Assembly: GCA_976226885.1 (NCBI GenBank)
Contig: OZ320319.1
Location: 31,124,001 to 31,188,000, forward strand
Length of the DNA stretch: 64,000 bases
From: Iphione sp. A-MEVVRFRX5
Lineage: Eukaryota
Direction: 5' to 3'
In this document: positions 39,251-51,900 of the stretch, piece after piece
Numbering within the stretch: the stretch's first letter is position 1
Layout: every line of letters begins with the position of its first letter
Notes under the pieces: model-generated
What the model was told of the DNA's origin: nothing
Databases searched by the model: none
The model's input: the letters and a program-made list of their open reading frames with translations, nothing else
Program-made: the position numbers and the translations under genes

Positions 39251-42200
39251 GAGTATTATCTTTCATAACAGCAGCTAGAAAATTTGCATAGCCAATGCCG
39301 CCCCTGCCTCACCAAGCCATGGCGGATGCCATTGGTCCGCATTCTGGCCCTGCTCCGACTGAGACTCAGGTATGTGTTTAGGCAAATGGTTGATGGCAGA
39401 ATGAACCAGGGCGAACCTGACTGGGCCAGCTGTCGCTGTCTCCTTTACGTATGAGTTGGGGCAAAGGTAAAGTTTGAAGCTCTGCCATGTCTAAGGTTTA
39501 CAAGTGGCGACATAGCTCACTGTAGCATCATACCTTAGCGACATCTGGAAGCCACGGAGGCAACAGTGGCCTACGGCAGCCTACGTCTGTCAAATGGTGG
39601 ATAACGCCCGTTACCCGAGGAAGGTTAAAATTCGGCTTAATAAATTTCAGTACCTATCGCCAAAATGGCGTCTCACTACCTGTGTCTATATGTAAAGCGT
39701 GATGAAGAATATGAACAAACAGACCTAAAGCTCCAAGGCGCCGCGTTTTATTGACTACAGGGAAAAGTACGAACCATTATAATAGAATAGTTTAGAAGGC
39801 GATGCGTGCAACAGCACGAGACTATTACGCGTACCTCTCTTTGTTTGCAATTGACTTGAGGGCAGAGGCACATGGGACATAACCACTTGAAACACCTCCA
39901 GCAGTGAGTACTAGCCTCATGGCATAGACGTCATTCGGTACAAGTCCCTCTCCATCCACCAGCGGGCCTTCACTATCAGACCTAACCTGTAAACAAATAC
40001 ATCTTCAAGGCATTTCTCGACCTAAAAAAACGCTTCTAAAGATTCATTCGCACTACTCGTGTTTTTATTTTCAGGAGACAAGCAGCCGAGAAGATTTCAG
40101 GTGACAGTACACTGTACTTAAGATTGTGGAACTATCAATCATGCTTAAAAATCGGCAGGCGGTTGTCTTAAAACTGTATGCGCACGGCAGCGGTACTGCC
40201 ATGTAGTTTTGCTCACGGTATTGATTCTGAAAGTTCTTCCTGAGATTGTTCCTGGAGCAAGAATACCATCACGCACAGCCTTCCTGGTTACCTTTCACTA
40301 CGGACTCGGTGCGACCGCTTTGAACAGAAGCCGTAAGTGGAGATCGATTGCATTCCGCACCGTCATTTAGCAGCGCATGTGACGCTGACGACACGTCAAA
40401 CGGTAGGCGATGACTGCAATAGGGAATACATTGAATAACACCTATCCTAGCACCGCCTTGCTATTAATAGAGGTTTAAAAAGGGGGAACTCTAGTTAACT
40501 GTTGGAACTTAGCCACAGGGAACATTCTACATAGGTTAGAGCATTTGCCGGCTAGAAATGGTCAAGGTTTCTTGTCTTTTGAAAATACCCCTATTAGAAT
40601 TGTAAGACATACATTTTACGTTCTGCCATCTATCGAAGATTTATGTTGTAGCAACTATCACGTTTATTCAAGATAAACGTAAGGACAAGTGCTACAAAAT
40701 CCTATACCACAATTACAAATGCATACATGTATATAACATTTTAAGATAAAAAAAGATATTTGCCCCCCAGGATAGAAAGAATGGCAGTGTGGACATGGAG
40801 TATAGAGGCAGTTGCATCTCTTGGAAGGAGACACGTCGGCTGGCAGTGGGTTACGGCCTCAGGTAAAGATGTCTGTACAGGTTCCTTGCTATCTGACGAC
40901 CCGCTGTCCCAGTTAAACATTTGCGATGCGAATCGCAACTGAAATCTTTAAAAGGAACCTCGTTCTAAACACCTGGGTTTGTCGGTGGCATCAAATCCTG
41001 TTTTGCGCCCCCCCCCCGCCCTCCACCCTCGCACCACCTCCAGGGACGCTGAGTAGGAGGTGCGTCCGCCAGGGGGAAGACGGCGTCCATGCCTGACAGA
41101 CGCCCCCTTGGGTCTTCGCAGCGGAAGTGACCTGCCTGCTGCTATGCCGGAAAACCAGGTGCGCATGTGAGCATGTTGTGCTCAGGCAGCAAAACCAAAT
41201 GCCAGGTCCGCCGAGAGTTCAGCAGCAGGGTGGATGTATAGGGGTTGCTTTAGTTAAGCTACAAACTAGTAGCCGGCGCTCACGGATGATTCATTGTCGG
41301 TGATCTTTCGGAAGGACACTCGACGAAAAGGAATCCGCACGAGCGAAACATGCCCTGACGTGGACCCGCGGCCTGAAAAATACGGAATACATTCGAGCTG
41401 TCCATCAAATGTGTTATTTGATGTTATCGATTTCTTTCGAGTTGGAGTTCTTATTCCATCATCCCTTCTGTTCGCTTAGACAGTTCAACGCATATAGATT
41501 TCAGTGAGAGCACGTGGAAGGCTTTTCCAAGAGGAGGAAGGACGTGCACGGACAGAAGTGGAACGCGAACTTCATGTGGTATCAATCGCGGGAAAAAAAA
41601 CGCAAAACTACGTGAAACTAGAAAGACCTGAAGGTTGACGGCCGCGTGGAAGCTAGACCGAACTGAGATTGACTTACCTTGACGATTCCCTCCTCGAGCT
41701 GCTCAAACTATTACCATCAGGATGTAAGCCAAGCCTAATCAAAGCCAGTTACTCAAAACCAACGTCTACGTCTCCCCTTCCACCTCGATCTCTGCACGTG
41801 ATATATATCTGAAAGTGAGCAAAGGCGATAAATCGGTCACCTGACGCGATGTGAAAGTTCGCAGGTTTTTTGTTAAGGCCATTATCTTCATGTACATATA
41901 CGTTTTTTTGGAGAATGGATTCTTTAGACGCATAAACATTGAGCTTGCAGCCACTTTAGAAAGAGTCTGTACACTCTTCGGGCAAGCCAGATATACTCCC
42001 TACAACAAACAAAGATATCGCTAGCCATGAGATATGGGTCCAGGCGTCTTTGGTCTGGTACCAGAAGAAATCGATAATTCTCCGACAATCGAATCAATTA
42101 CTCCTGTAAAGAGTGGGGTCAACCTGACCTTTACTCTTAAGGTCACAACCTATTCCCCGGTGACGTAAACCTAATCCGTTTCCATTACGGCCTTAAAAGT

Positions 42201-44020
42201 GGGAGCTGCATTAACTGCAACGTGATGTAGACTCTTTTGCGAAAACTTCAAGGAGACGTCAAGTCATGTCGGAGCGCCTTTACAGTCAACGACACTTTTT
42301 ACACCCAACTGAAACTTCGATAAGTTATGGCAAAGACAACTGTCGGCAAAAGGATGTTGATGTCTTAACGCACTGAAACGCAAGGGACGTCTGTTCTGAA
42401 TATGCTCTATTAGAGATCTGAAGGAATAAGAAATACCTTCGCTTGTTAGACGGTTCGCCTTCTTATCATAGTCCAATCGCGTGGGGCGTCAGGTAGCCGG
42501 CTTCGTCACAACCGAAGCAGACGACATTCAATCATCCGGGCCACTGCGCAATTGAAAGAACGCGCGCATCCGGCTGCGCGCACATTGTAGAGCGCAGCTG
42601 GCGCGTAGTGAATGCGGAGAAAGGCAAACAAACGTCCCCGGGATAGAGCTGGTTGGAATTGTCAGGAGTGCTGGAGAAGCAATGAAAAAGAAAATTATGG
42701 CTATACGGTTGTTCCTACTTCAAGAAGCAATGAATAAGAATGTACGTCAGACGTTCAGTTATTAGACTAATCACGAAGCGTTTGCCCACAGCTCCTTCTC
42801 ATTACCACACTCAATTAGTTGAGACATGTGCAGCAAACTTGACATCTGAGAAAACTTAAGCCTTTACTACATTTTTTAATGTCGTGCCATGGATAATCTG
42901 TCGTCCCATACATATTGTTGTTCGAAGGTCTCAGAGAGGACAAGTGCTATTGATCCTGAATTTCTTGTAATATAGAAAACGATGGTAGGAGTACAGTCGG
43001 ACCATACTAACTTTCATTTTTGAGAATGGTCATTGCAGTTTTGCAATATACATACATACATGTAAGTTGTACTCAAGAAGGCTTAGACGAAAAGCGAAAT
43101 GCATAAAGCGTTAATAATGGTTAGTGACTCAGGGATGTACAGTTTGCTGGAAAAACCTAATCGGTCCCAGGCTTTCTACCCCAGAATGAAGCCCAGGGAG
43201 GGTACGTGGGACCCGTAGCAGTACTAGATAATTAGCAGAAAATAGTCGCGGCGCCGAGTCTGTCTTTATTACCTGGCATGTTCACTAAGCCCCTTCGAAT
43301 GCCGCCCTTGAGGGGAACAGTCCGAGGGCACAATTATTTGCTCTAAAAGGGACCTGTTATTAGCTGTCGTTAGGGTCTACCTTCAACAGGGAGCAGTTCG
43401 TCTAGAGAGTAGCCGAAGGGCGTGGATTTTGTCGGCAATGACGCTAGTACACTCAAGATAAGTATAAGTAAAATATTTTCTGTGTGACAGAACGCGCATT
43501 AGAAAGCCAAGGGCAGCGGAAATAACCACCCTTTCCCTACGACTGCAGCTCTGCAACAATGACATATATATGCACGTATATCCCGTATGTGTCTAACACT
43601 ACGTCTTATTTTGATTCGGAATTAACATAATACAGTGTTAACTAAATCATTGCCTTTTCAATATGCAGTCTGGCAAGGTTTTCTTTGTCCTTGGATGAAA
43701 AACTCGTTCTTTACAAGGCATTGAAATAGTATACGGTTCATGATTACACTGCATATTTTCTTGTCCAATTACAGATGGGGGTTTATTCAGGGCCAATGAT
43801 GAAAGACAGTGGGGGCCCTCTATTCTCCTGTGAACTGTTCATAATTGCGCGACATTTTCGATAACTGAACTTAACAGGCGGTGGTCTGTGATTAACCTAA
43901 GGGGAACTTGTCTAGATTCCGACCCTTTCCTGCAACCGATATTCTACCCTCCTCATTCTCAACCACCCCTCCGCAGGGCTCCTCTTTGCCAATTGTTACC
44001 GGTATGAGATTTCTGCTTTA

Positions 44021-44050
44021 GGGTCAGTTTCCTTACCTGTGTTGGTGTCC
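44021..44050 (+). mobile_element. Left terminus of a GGGTCAGTTTCCTTAC-family MITE, truncated by a second element
   Basis: TTA|gggtcagtttccttacctgtgttggtgtccgt matches the 12116 left end, then switches abruptly to another element. Confidence 0.65.
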
Positions 44051-44053
44051 GTC

Positions 44054-44720
44054 AGGCTGCGTTTTGCCACTGTGTGCGTTAGTATGCGTTTTACATGCGT
44101 TTTCTCTTAATGCAGCCTCACGGATAGGGGTCTCTATTGATAGTGCGTTTTACCTGTGTCTTAGTGGCATTTTACCCTTAGGGTCAGTTTCCTTACATGT
44201 GTTGCTATCCATGTGTGTTGCCATCTGTTCCCCATCCATTGCCATGTGTTTTATCAATCCTGTTGATTCTAATAGAGGGTGCCAAATGTGTCCATGTGCA
44301 TTGGTATCCATTTGGTATCCATAGCCCATTAACGGTCTTAGACCAGTAATTTAATGCAAATAACAGATACAAAACGGACAGTAGTATACAGAAGATGGTC
44401 TTTGGATCAGGAAGAAAAGGGTGAGAAAACATAATTACTGCACATTACTGCACAGTTTCTCCCTGAAATTTGCTGTTTTTCAGCACTTTCTCCCTTTAAT
44501 TTGCCATTTTTTGGCACTTTCTCCATGGAATTTGCTCAAATCTCCATGGGATAGCCATTTTTCGGTACATTCGCTGAAATTTGCTGTTTTTTTTCAGCAT
44601 GGCTCTCACACAGGTAAAATGTAGGTAAAATGCACTATCAATAGCAACCCTTTTCCGTGAGGCTGTGAGAAAATGCATGTTAAATGCATACTAACTCACA
44701 CGGAGGCAAAACGCAGGCCT
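44054..44720. mobile_element. Non-autonomous foldback/MITE with ~105-bp imperfect TIRs
   Basis: Left aggctgcgttttgccactgtgtgcgttagtatgcgttttacatgcgttttctc..cagcctcacggataggggtctctattgatagtgcgttttacct aligns to the reverse complement of ~44612-44720. Confidence 0.85.
44181..44335 (+). mobile_element. GGGTCAGTTTCCTTAC-family MITE fragment nested in the foldback element
   Basis: TTA|gggtcagtttccttacatgtgttg. Confidence 0.6.
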
Positions 44721-45468
44721 CTAGTTGTGCTACACAACGTAGCCTTGTGAATTGGCTATAGTAACAAAGAACAAACTTGCCGCGCAGGGGCCAACCAAGG
44801 AATAAGGATGAAACCCCGTCCGCGAGATCCAAGTTACTTGTGATTTGGCGAAAGGAGAATGGCTGAACCAATGCCCTCTCTGAAGTAATTGCCCCATTGC
44901 CTACGAGGCGAAAGGGCGGACCTTGGAGTCGAACTTCCCTTTCCTATAGGCGTAGTGCAGGTAAATCTGCCCAGGCATTTCAGTTCAGTGCTCTCCTGCT
45001 CGAGCTGAAGACCACGGCGTTTGTTTATGCAGCAGCTCAAGAGGATAAATGTGACACTTCCCTTTATTTGCAGCTTACATGCTGCTCTTATGGGCGCATA
45101 ATAGAGCCTTCGATTTCTTACTCTATTAACAAAACTACGACATCATATTAACATGAAATTCACTGTACAAACCTCAGAAATAAGCTACTCAGGAATTACT
45201 TTTCTGCTTTCTATGATCAAATGAACACAACTGACTTGTGAAAGAGCCTGGAAGTTTTTTTTAAGGAATACAGAAGATATGTCGTAGTTTTTACATTTCC
45301 TAAAATATAGCAAAAAAACCAATGGTAGTCGATAGGTCAATTTGTGCCGCAGACTGCGGGTGGCGACATGAATAGGCAACCCTCTATTCCGCCAGGGCGC
45401 GCTGCATGCTCCCGTTGATGACTTGCTCGGAAGCAGCTATCAACCACCCGCGCCACCTCCGTCCAATT

Positions 45469-45520
45469 CACACACACGCACACACACACTCGCACACACA
45501 CGCATGCACACATACACACG
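45469..45520. repeat. Imperfect (CA)n microsatellite
   Basis: cacacacacgcacacacacactcgcacacacacgcatgcacacatacacacg. Confidence 0.9.
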
Positions 45521-45599
45521 CATCCGTCCAACCAGACAGCCGTCACCTGTCGCGCCCCTGTCGGCCAACTTGGCTTCCTGTCAGCGCCCTATTCTGGCC

Positions 45600-45950
45600 G
45601 CGCTGCATTCCCGCGATGTTGCACGTGATTTATGCGTGTTTCAGCGTATATATTTGTCTACCTGTCCATGGGAGGGTCGCTGCACCAGCACCCTGCCTCA
45701 GTAGCCAGCGACGCGCATCATTAGCTGACGGATGAATGGGAAGGCGACGACCCCGATACTGTCAGCACAATGAGGCACATGCTCCCCATCCTTTGTCACC
45801 CTAGACCGATACTAAAAGTGACGTCTATTATGGGAAAGAAAAGGACCAAGATTTAATGGCTTCATCGGATAATGGCTGTACAATGGCTCAAGGGTTACGG
45901 ACAGGGATCAGCACCCTGAACTGATGAATAGGCAACACTTCGCCTCCTTC
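45600..45950 (+). mobile_element. Possible Ngaro/DIRS gag-RT junction remnant
   Basis: Cys-cluster-like CFSVYICL..HG....C followed by TTPI...LCHP...QGLRTG (cf. TPi..L..HPd...G...GF). Confidence 0.25.
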
Positions 45951-46849
45951 CACTATTCAATACAATTACTTTTACTTCGAGAGCCCTGAGAATATTTCGC
46001 ATATAAACTTGTTAATCATCTCATAGAAAACCAACTCCATGGAAGTATTTTTTGTTAAGCCTTCATCGTACGAGGTGAAAAAGAAATGTTAATAACACTT
46101 TCGTCGGCACGTCCAAAGAAACTGTTGCAATAGTAAAGTATTGAAACGCCCATATTACCAGTAAGTCAGGGATTGACAAAAAAACATCGTATAGTTCGGA
46201 GATAGGCGAGAGCAGACGATGTCTGCAGTAATAAGGGGGGTGGTTACGGGACAGAGTAATCTCTGATGTGCATTTTTTTTGCATCTTAAGTGGTGATGAT
46301 GATGCGCCTGGTTTAAACTTCCATTAGTTCGATAATGTACCTCCTAATTTTGTGTTACCTACTTGGTAGCCTCTTTGCATAAGTAATATCACGTTTACAA
46401 CTGCAAAGTGTTGAGGAAGCATACGCTTATAAAAAAACACATAAAGCGATTTGGGAATTGAAAGATACATTGTGCCATAGTTGAGCTATGTCTGCATTCA
46501 TAAATGGAATAAAGTGAGTTGCATTGAAGACGTCAGAAGTCTAATCTAAATATCCTCGAAAGCATCCGCATTGAATGCTGGTACGCATTTTCGAACGAAA
46601 CCTTTTCATGCGACAATTCCTGGTGACAATATAATCAGTAGAATAATAACAGTTTTCTAGGTTGCTATAAGTTTACCCGTTTGGTTTCTTATGTGGCATC
46701 CAACTTAATTGCCTCTGTCCGTGTTCCAAAAGAAGTCACAGTAGTGACCTCTTTTGAGGTTAAAAGAGGTCTATGTAGTGGTTCAGAAAGGAAATGTACA
46801 TATGTAATCATCATATATATATTGTATGATAAATATAATTATATCAAAA

Positions 46850-48900
46850 CACACTGTACATATGATCCACGGAGATGGAATCAGTTAGATTGCACGCTTG
46901 AAAACAAAGAACAAGGAATATCAAGGGTATTACACATCAGTACCGAGAATCATACAGGAATACTGTTCTCAGAAGGATGAGGCCTTGTTTGTCTTTTGTA
47001 GACTTCATTATTTTGCTTACACACAGTTCTATACAGGAGAGGAAGTATACACCCGTGATGGAACCGTTTTCAGTCTGATCCGACAGAAGGACCATCAGTG
47101 CCTGCACTCCAGTTGCCCTTGCCTTCCTACAGCTATGGCATGAATATTTCTTATCTCCCCTTTGAGCTAGGGCAAAGCCAGTAAGATTTATATTCAATCT
47201 CATCTTCATTGTACATTTTCGTGAGCTGAAGTGTGCAATAAAAAAAATAGTGCAAGATATGATACCGATGTGCCATAAAGATGGGGACACACACGCTGAA
47301 GGGCAACAAAACCTCCGTAGATTGGTTAAGCAATCCCAGCCTGACTTCGTGCAGCCACGCATCAATGATGTGGGGGTAGACACCGACAACCACTGACCAT
47401 GTATAAAACATGTATTTCACCAGTGTTGCAGGCATATTGCAGTTGGGTTATTTAAAAAATACCACTGAGATGATGTGACAGTGAGTGATATTGTGGAAGC
47501 AATATCTAGATATCCAAAACCGCTTTGTGCAAATATTACAGTATGTTATATTTACAATGTAGCATTGTGATAGAGTCAGAGCCATATGGATTGTATCCAC
47601 TTTAGCAGAAATAAGAGCACAATTGGGGACAATGTTGCAATACAGTATTGTTTCTATTGATATCTAGTTATGTTTGGAAAAACTTAAGAAAAGAGAGATT
47701 GTGGCCTGCTTAGGCCCAAATATCAGAAGAAACCAAGCTGTAATATTTAAAATCCTATTGTGGAAAGTCAGTTCTTAGAGCAGTCAAAGACAACTATAAA
47801 ATGTCATTTCAGGGAAGACGTTTAAAATTAATAGCTTTTTAATTGCTTTCAGAGATTCGCTATGCTCAGGTCAAACTAGGACTCTTAGAGACGTTTGGAC
47901 ACGTTTTGTTGTGGAAATAACATCTCAAGTTTGCATCTTCACATTGCTAGAATATCCATGTAGCGAAAACATGTCTATTCTTTTGCGGTAATATTGCGGT
48001 GGCTTCGTTGGAAACTGGCTATATTCCCAAACATGACACGCCAGACGAATGAATAGCGTCTATGCAGGTTTTACAAAAGGCGCCGACAAGCATCCTATAT
48101 TCCAAAAAGTAGCAATACAAATTATTTGTTCTATTTGCTTCATTGTGTAGGTAATGTCCTAAACGAAATGAACAAAAAATGAGAATACGATCACAAGAGG
48201 ACACCTTCATGAAGATGGATATTTTCGACAAGTACCGACATCTGTCTGGAATGCAGCATCCAGCCCTCTTTTTCTATATATATACCGTAAAACTCATCAT
48301 AATGACAATTGTGTATTTTGTTAATTATGTTAAAGGATTTACCTTTAAGCGGAACAGTTTATTGTATTGATATAAAATAAATCCACAATAACTATCATTC
48401 TTGGTAGAAAAAGAGCTGGTACATAAAATTATCATAATTTTGAGTGCTATCATATTGACACCTGAATGCTTCTGGAGTTAAACACAGGCTCTTAGTGACT
48501 GCTAATGCATCAGGGAAAAATTGTCGATTTTGAACTTAGATTCTGTTGATTGGATGATATTTCGAAAACACTAGAGTTTTCAGGTTATAAACTTAGTAGA
48601 ACTCGTGGACAAGCATCTTACATTCATTTAGCTACGATGAATATCTCGACAGTGTATCCACCAATTAAAGTAATTTGTTGACCTGATATATACAAGGGTG
48701 ATACTGTGCAATAGATCAAGCGCGGCTTACTAATAAGAGATAGGCTTTCTGAGATCAGAAGGAGCTAGTAAAGGACATTTCTGCAACATTGAGTGTATAT
48801 AACGGTATTAAGGTCTTCCTGAAGCTAGATATTGGCTTTCCAGACGTGTTAGTCTAGTTCGTTCTGAGAAACGTTTTAAGCTAGAAAGAAATTATTTGTT
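46850..48900 (-). pseudogene. Decayed single-exon Toll-like receptor (LRR array, LRR-CT, TM, TIR)
   Basis: Minus strand in correct domain order: YNLKTLVFS..NRI, LTPEAF, FRYMDI-SN, SLRVL, SLKAIKKLLILNVFPEMTFYSCL*LL*ELTFHNRI, LDINRN, NC.L.FLLKWIQS and CNMPATL (LRR-CT), LLPFSVCVPIFMAHRYHILHYFFY (TM/juxtamembrane), EDEIEYKSY..C.SS and FMP*L*EG (TIR start). Many stops and frameshifts. Confidence 0.6.
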
Positions 48901-51900
48901 TGACAATGTCTGTTCCTTGTGTCCTCAGGAGGTACCACGGTGCCGGCATTTAAGAAGAAATTCAGCTTTGTGTGTGTATACTCGGTATGTGGCAACCGGG
49001 CGTCTTTGTCAGCAAACTGCGCTGTCGTGGAAGAAGGCAGCCTCCAGGCCCGACTACTAGCAACTACGCCACGATGCGCTACCAGTTAACATGCAGATAA
49101 TAGTACTCCTCTAGCCCTTCCTCAACCATGGATTTATTAACCATCACACAGTTCAAGCTAGGCGCTAACAAACAGAGCCACATTACATCACACATACTGT
49201 TGTCTTGGTATACGTTGTACGTGTATCAAACGGCCATTTGCTGTAATATCCCCTCGTCCTCCCACTAAAACCTTTACGGTTATTCTTTCCAGATTTCTTT
49301 TCTGGTCCGGCGTAGGTTCGGGGGAAATAACTTTATTTCAACGGGTACAAATGTGATGTAAAGAGCATGACAGTCAAAGATGTTTCCAATATACACTGAC
49401 CTGAATCCGGAACCGATATTCCAGCTACTGCACGACGCAACTTATTCCTCCTTTACCGTCCTTACTTGCATTTCGTATTTTCTCTGAAAAATACTTTCCA
49501 ATTAGAAAGAGATTAAATGATCTTCTGTCTGTTGGATTACTGACCTATATACTGGTGTATATGACCCCCGATTTTTATTGGAACCAACGAGGACAATACT
49601 ATGTTTATGATTACGCTTAGATTACACAACTGATCGCGAATGATCGCGAATAATACAATTGGCCGCGGATCAAAATTAGCCCGGATCAAAATTTGCCAGC
49701 AAATAATTTTCATTGTTGCTGTAATCAGGTCCATTGTGCCGCAAAAGTACTTTCTTCCAGGCATCTCCTGTTTTGTTCTAAAAAAAATCATTATCTATCG
49801 GTGTCAGCAAAGTCAACTAATTTTGATATCATAATGTCTACCAGATACAGATACCTTTGTGCTCATATGATCAAAATCAATTCTTACCGAACTCACCTAA
49901 TCTATACGGTTATACAAAATAATTTGCACCGAAAACCAGAAGAAGCATAGAGATGCACCATCAAACACAATTCTAAACAACCTTTTTCCACGGGAAATTG
50001 GCAAGAACTCAGCCTAGAACGTCCCAGGAAAAAAAATCGTAAAGGTTACAGGCACTCGTATAGTATATCCATACTGAAGTTTGTGGAAGAAACCCTGTGT
50101 AAATAATGTTGGTATCAGATAGACGGAATCGATTGTGTCCAATATTTTTGCATTACAGTAAATTTACCAACCGTGGAATGGTTGATATACTTTGCTGACA
50201 GTTAAATGTATTCGTATGGACCATTCACAGTAGCACTGCCGTGTAATATCTGGTATTCCCAGCCGAACTGACAACTGCCATTGCTTTTGCTTGCACGATG
50301 GTCCGTTGATCGTTCAGGTTATTATCACCCGTGCTGTGGAAAATCAAAGTGAGCGATAATATGTGACTGGAATGTGTCATTAAGAACCCTGGGCACCGGA
50401 CGTTCATGCTACAAATTGGCGTCGATATTGCGGAAACGCTTTGTATTTGAGTGCCAACAAGTGTTAATGGATTCATTTCTCCACTTGCTTTAGAATCACG
50501 CATGGTTGCTAGGTTACCTACTCGTCTATTAACCGCTAAATACTGACAGAATAACGACGGGAAGCAAAAACATATAATGGCGAACAACCGAGTGTAAACC
50601 GCTCGGTTTCTGGTCCATTCTTTTCGGTTAATTTCGACCACCCACTACTTGGTACAACATGGGGAATCACACCGGCGAGCAGCTCCGAGCTCCTCCAGTA
50701 GATGTGGAGCTCGTCTGCAGCTCCTCCAGCGCCTCCCTCCTTTCTCCTCTTTCTGCTCATCGAGATTCCCCGAGACCAGTGGAGGCAATCACTGTTTGCA
50801 CCGGGCAAGGGATATTACATCACGTTATCTCGTGTAGCCCTGACCGATATGATAGAGTGGGTGCTAGATGGGCGCCGCTGACTGCTTGCGATCGCGCCAT
50901 GTCACCGGCCTCTCTGGCGGTGGCGCTGGCGGCAGAGGCCCCCCCTTACACCAGATAGACAGTTGCCTCGCCGGCGGACGGTACGTTGAACTCTGACCCT
51001 TCCCCCCGCCCCCACCCCTCCAAGTCCATCGACGAGCAGCTCAACCAGGTGCTTGCCGACGCTCGCCAAGGAGATTTGAACGACAAGAAACGCCACTCTC
51101 GAAAAACATATATACAGACAGATGCAGGCTTTAACTTTATCCAGTGGCGTGCGACTTGTTTTACCAACATTATTCCATCCTCTCTCCGGAAGGCATTTTC
51201 CACCCTAAATACACAGCTCTTCTCACGATGTTTATATTACTCTTTTTTTTAAAGCAGCCTGAGTTGGTTAGTATTTCCATATTTGGTTTGGCGAACGACT
51301 ACATTGTGTTGGACCGTCCGAACCCCAGACACGCGCGGTGTCGAACTATACAGTTAACACTCCAAATCCCTGCGGTCTTGGTGGCGTTTGCCTTGGAAAC
51401 ACTAGATCCAGCCGAACTTGGACCGACGGGTCTTAAGGGAGCTCTGGCCTCCGAAGTGGGTCTAGTGCGGCTCATCCACACGCGCGGGATCCTTACGCCA
51501 AACACTCGAGTTGGCCTCGCGGCAGAGGCGGCAGTGGTAGCGGGCCATCCGCTCATCCTTTCCAAGCTTGGCCGCGGCGTGAGCAAGTACAGTTGAGGCA
51601 AAAACGACCCATCCCCGTATATACAGCACAGGCAATATTATAATCAAATGTACGTAAGATATCAACCCCCCCCCACACCTTCAAGGCTCCCCCTTTTTCA
51701 TATAGTACTAGTTGTAGCTCTCTGTATAAGCATCCACTCAAAAACAAAATAAAAACAAACATCGGTTTATAGTTTCCCAGTACATATACATAAATGTCTT
51801 TCGTCGTCTAGACAAAATGACGTTATAATTGCACTTTCTACTGCTGTGGTTGGGATTACAGAATTGTGCCTTCAAATTAATCGTCCGTGCGTGCTTTTGT

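Noticed and set aside
41770-42450. Long + frame with few stops and an Ig/beta-rich appearance
   Set aside because: Could be a decayed gene, but I cannot assign any family motif
43266-43280. TTACCTGGCA resembling the U1 snRNA 5' end
   Set aside because: The downstream sequence does not continue as U1
45368-45936. 13-bp direct repeat atgaataggcaac as a target-site duplication
   Set aside because: A match of this length at this distance is expected by chance roughly once per window; no element ends are associated
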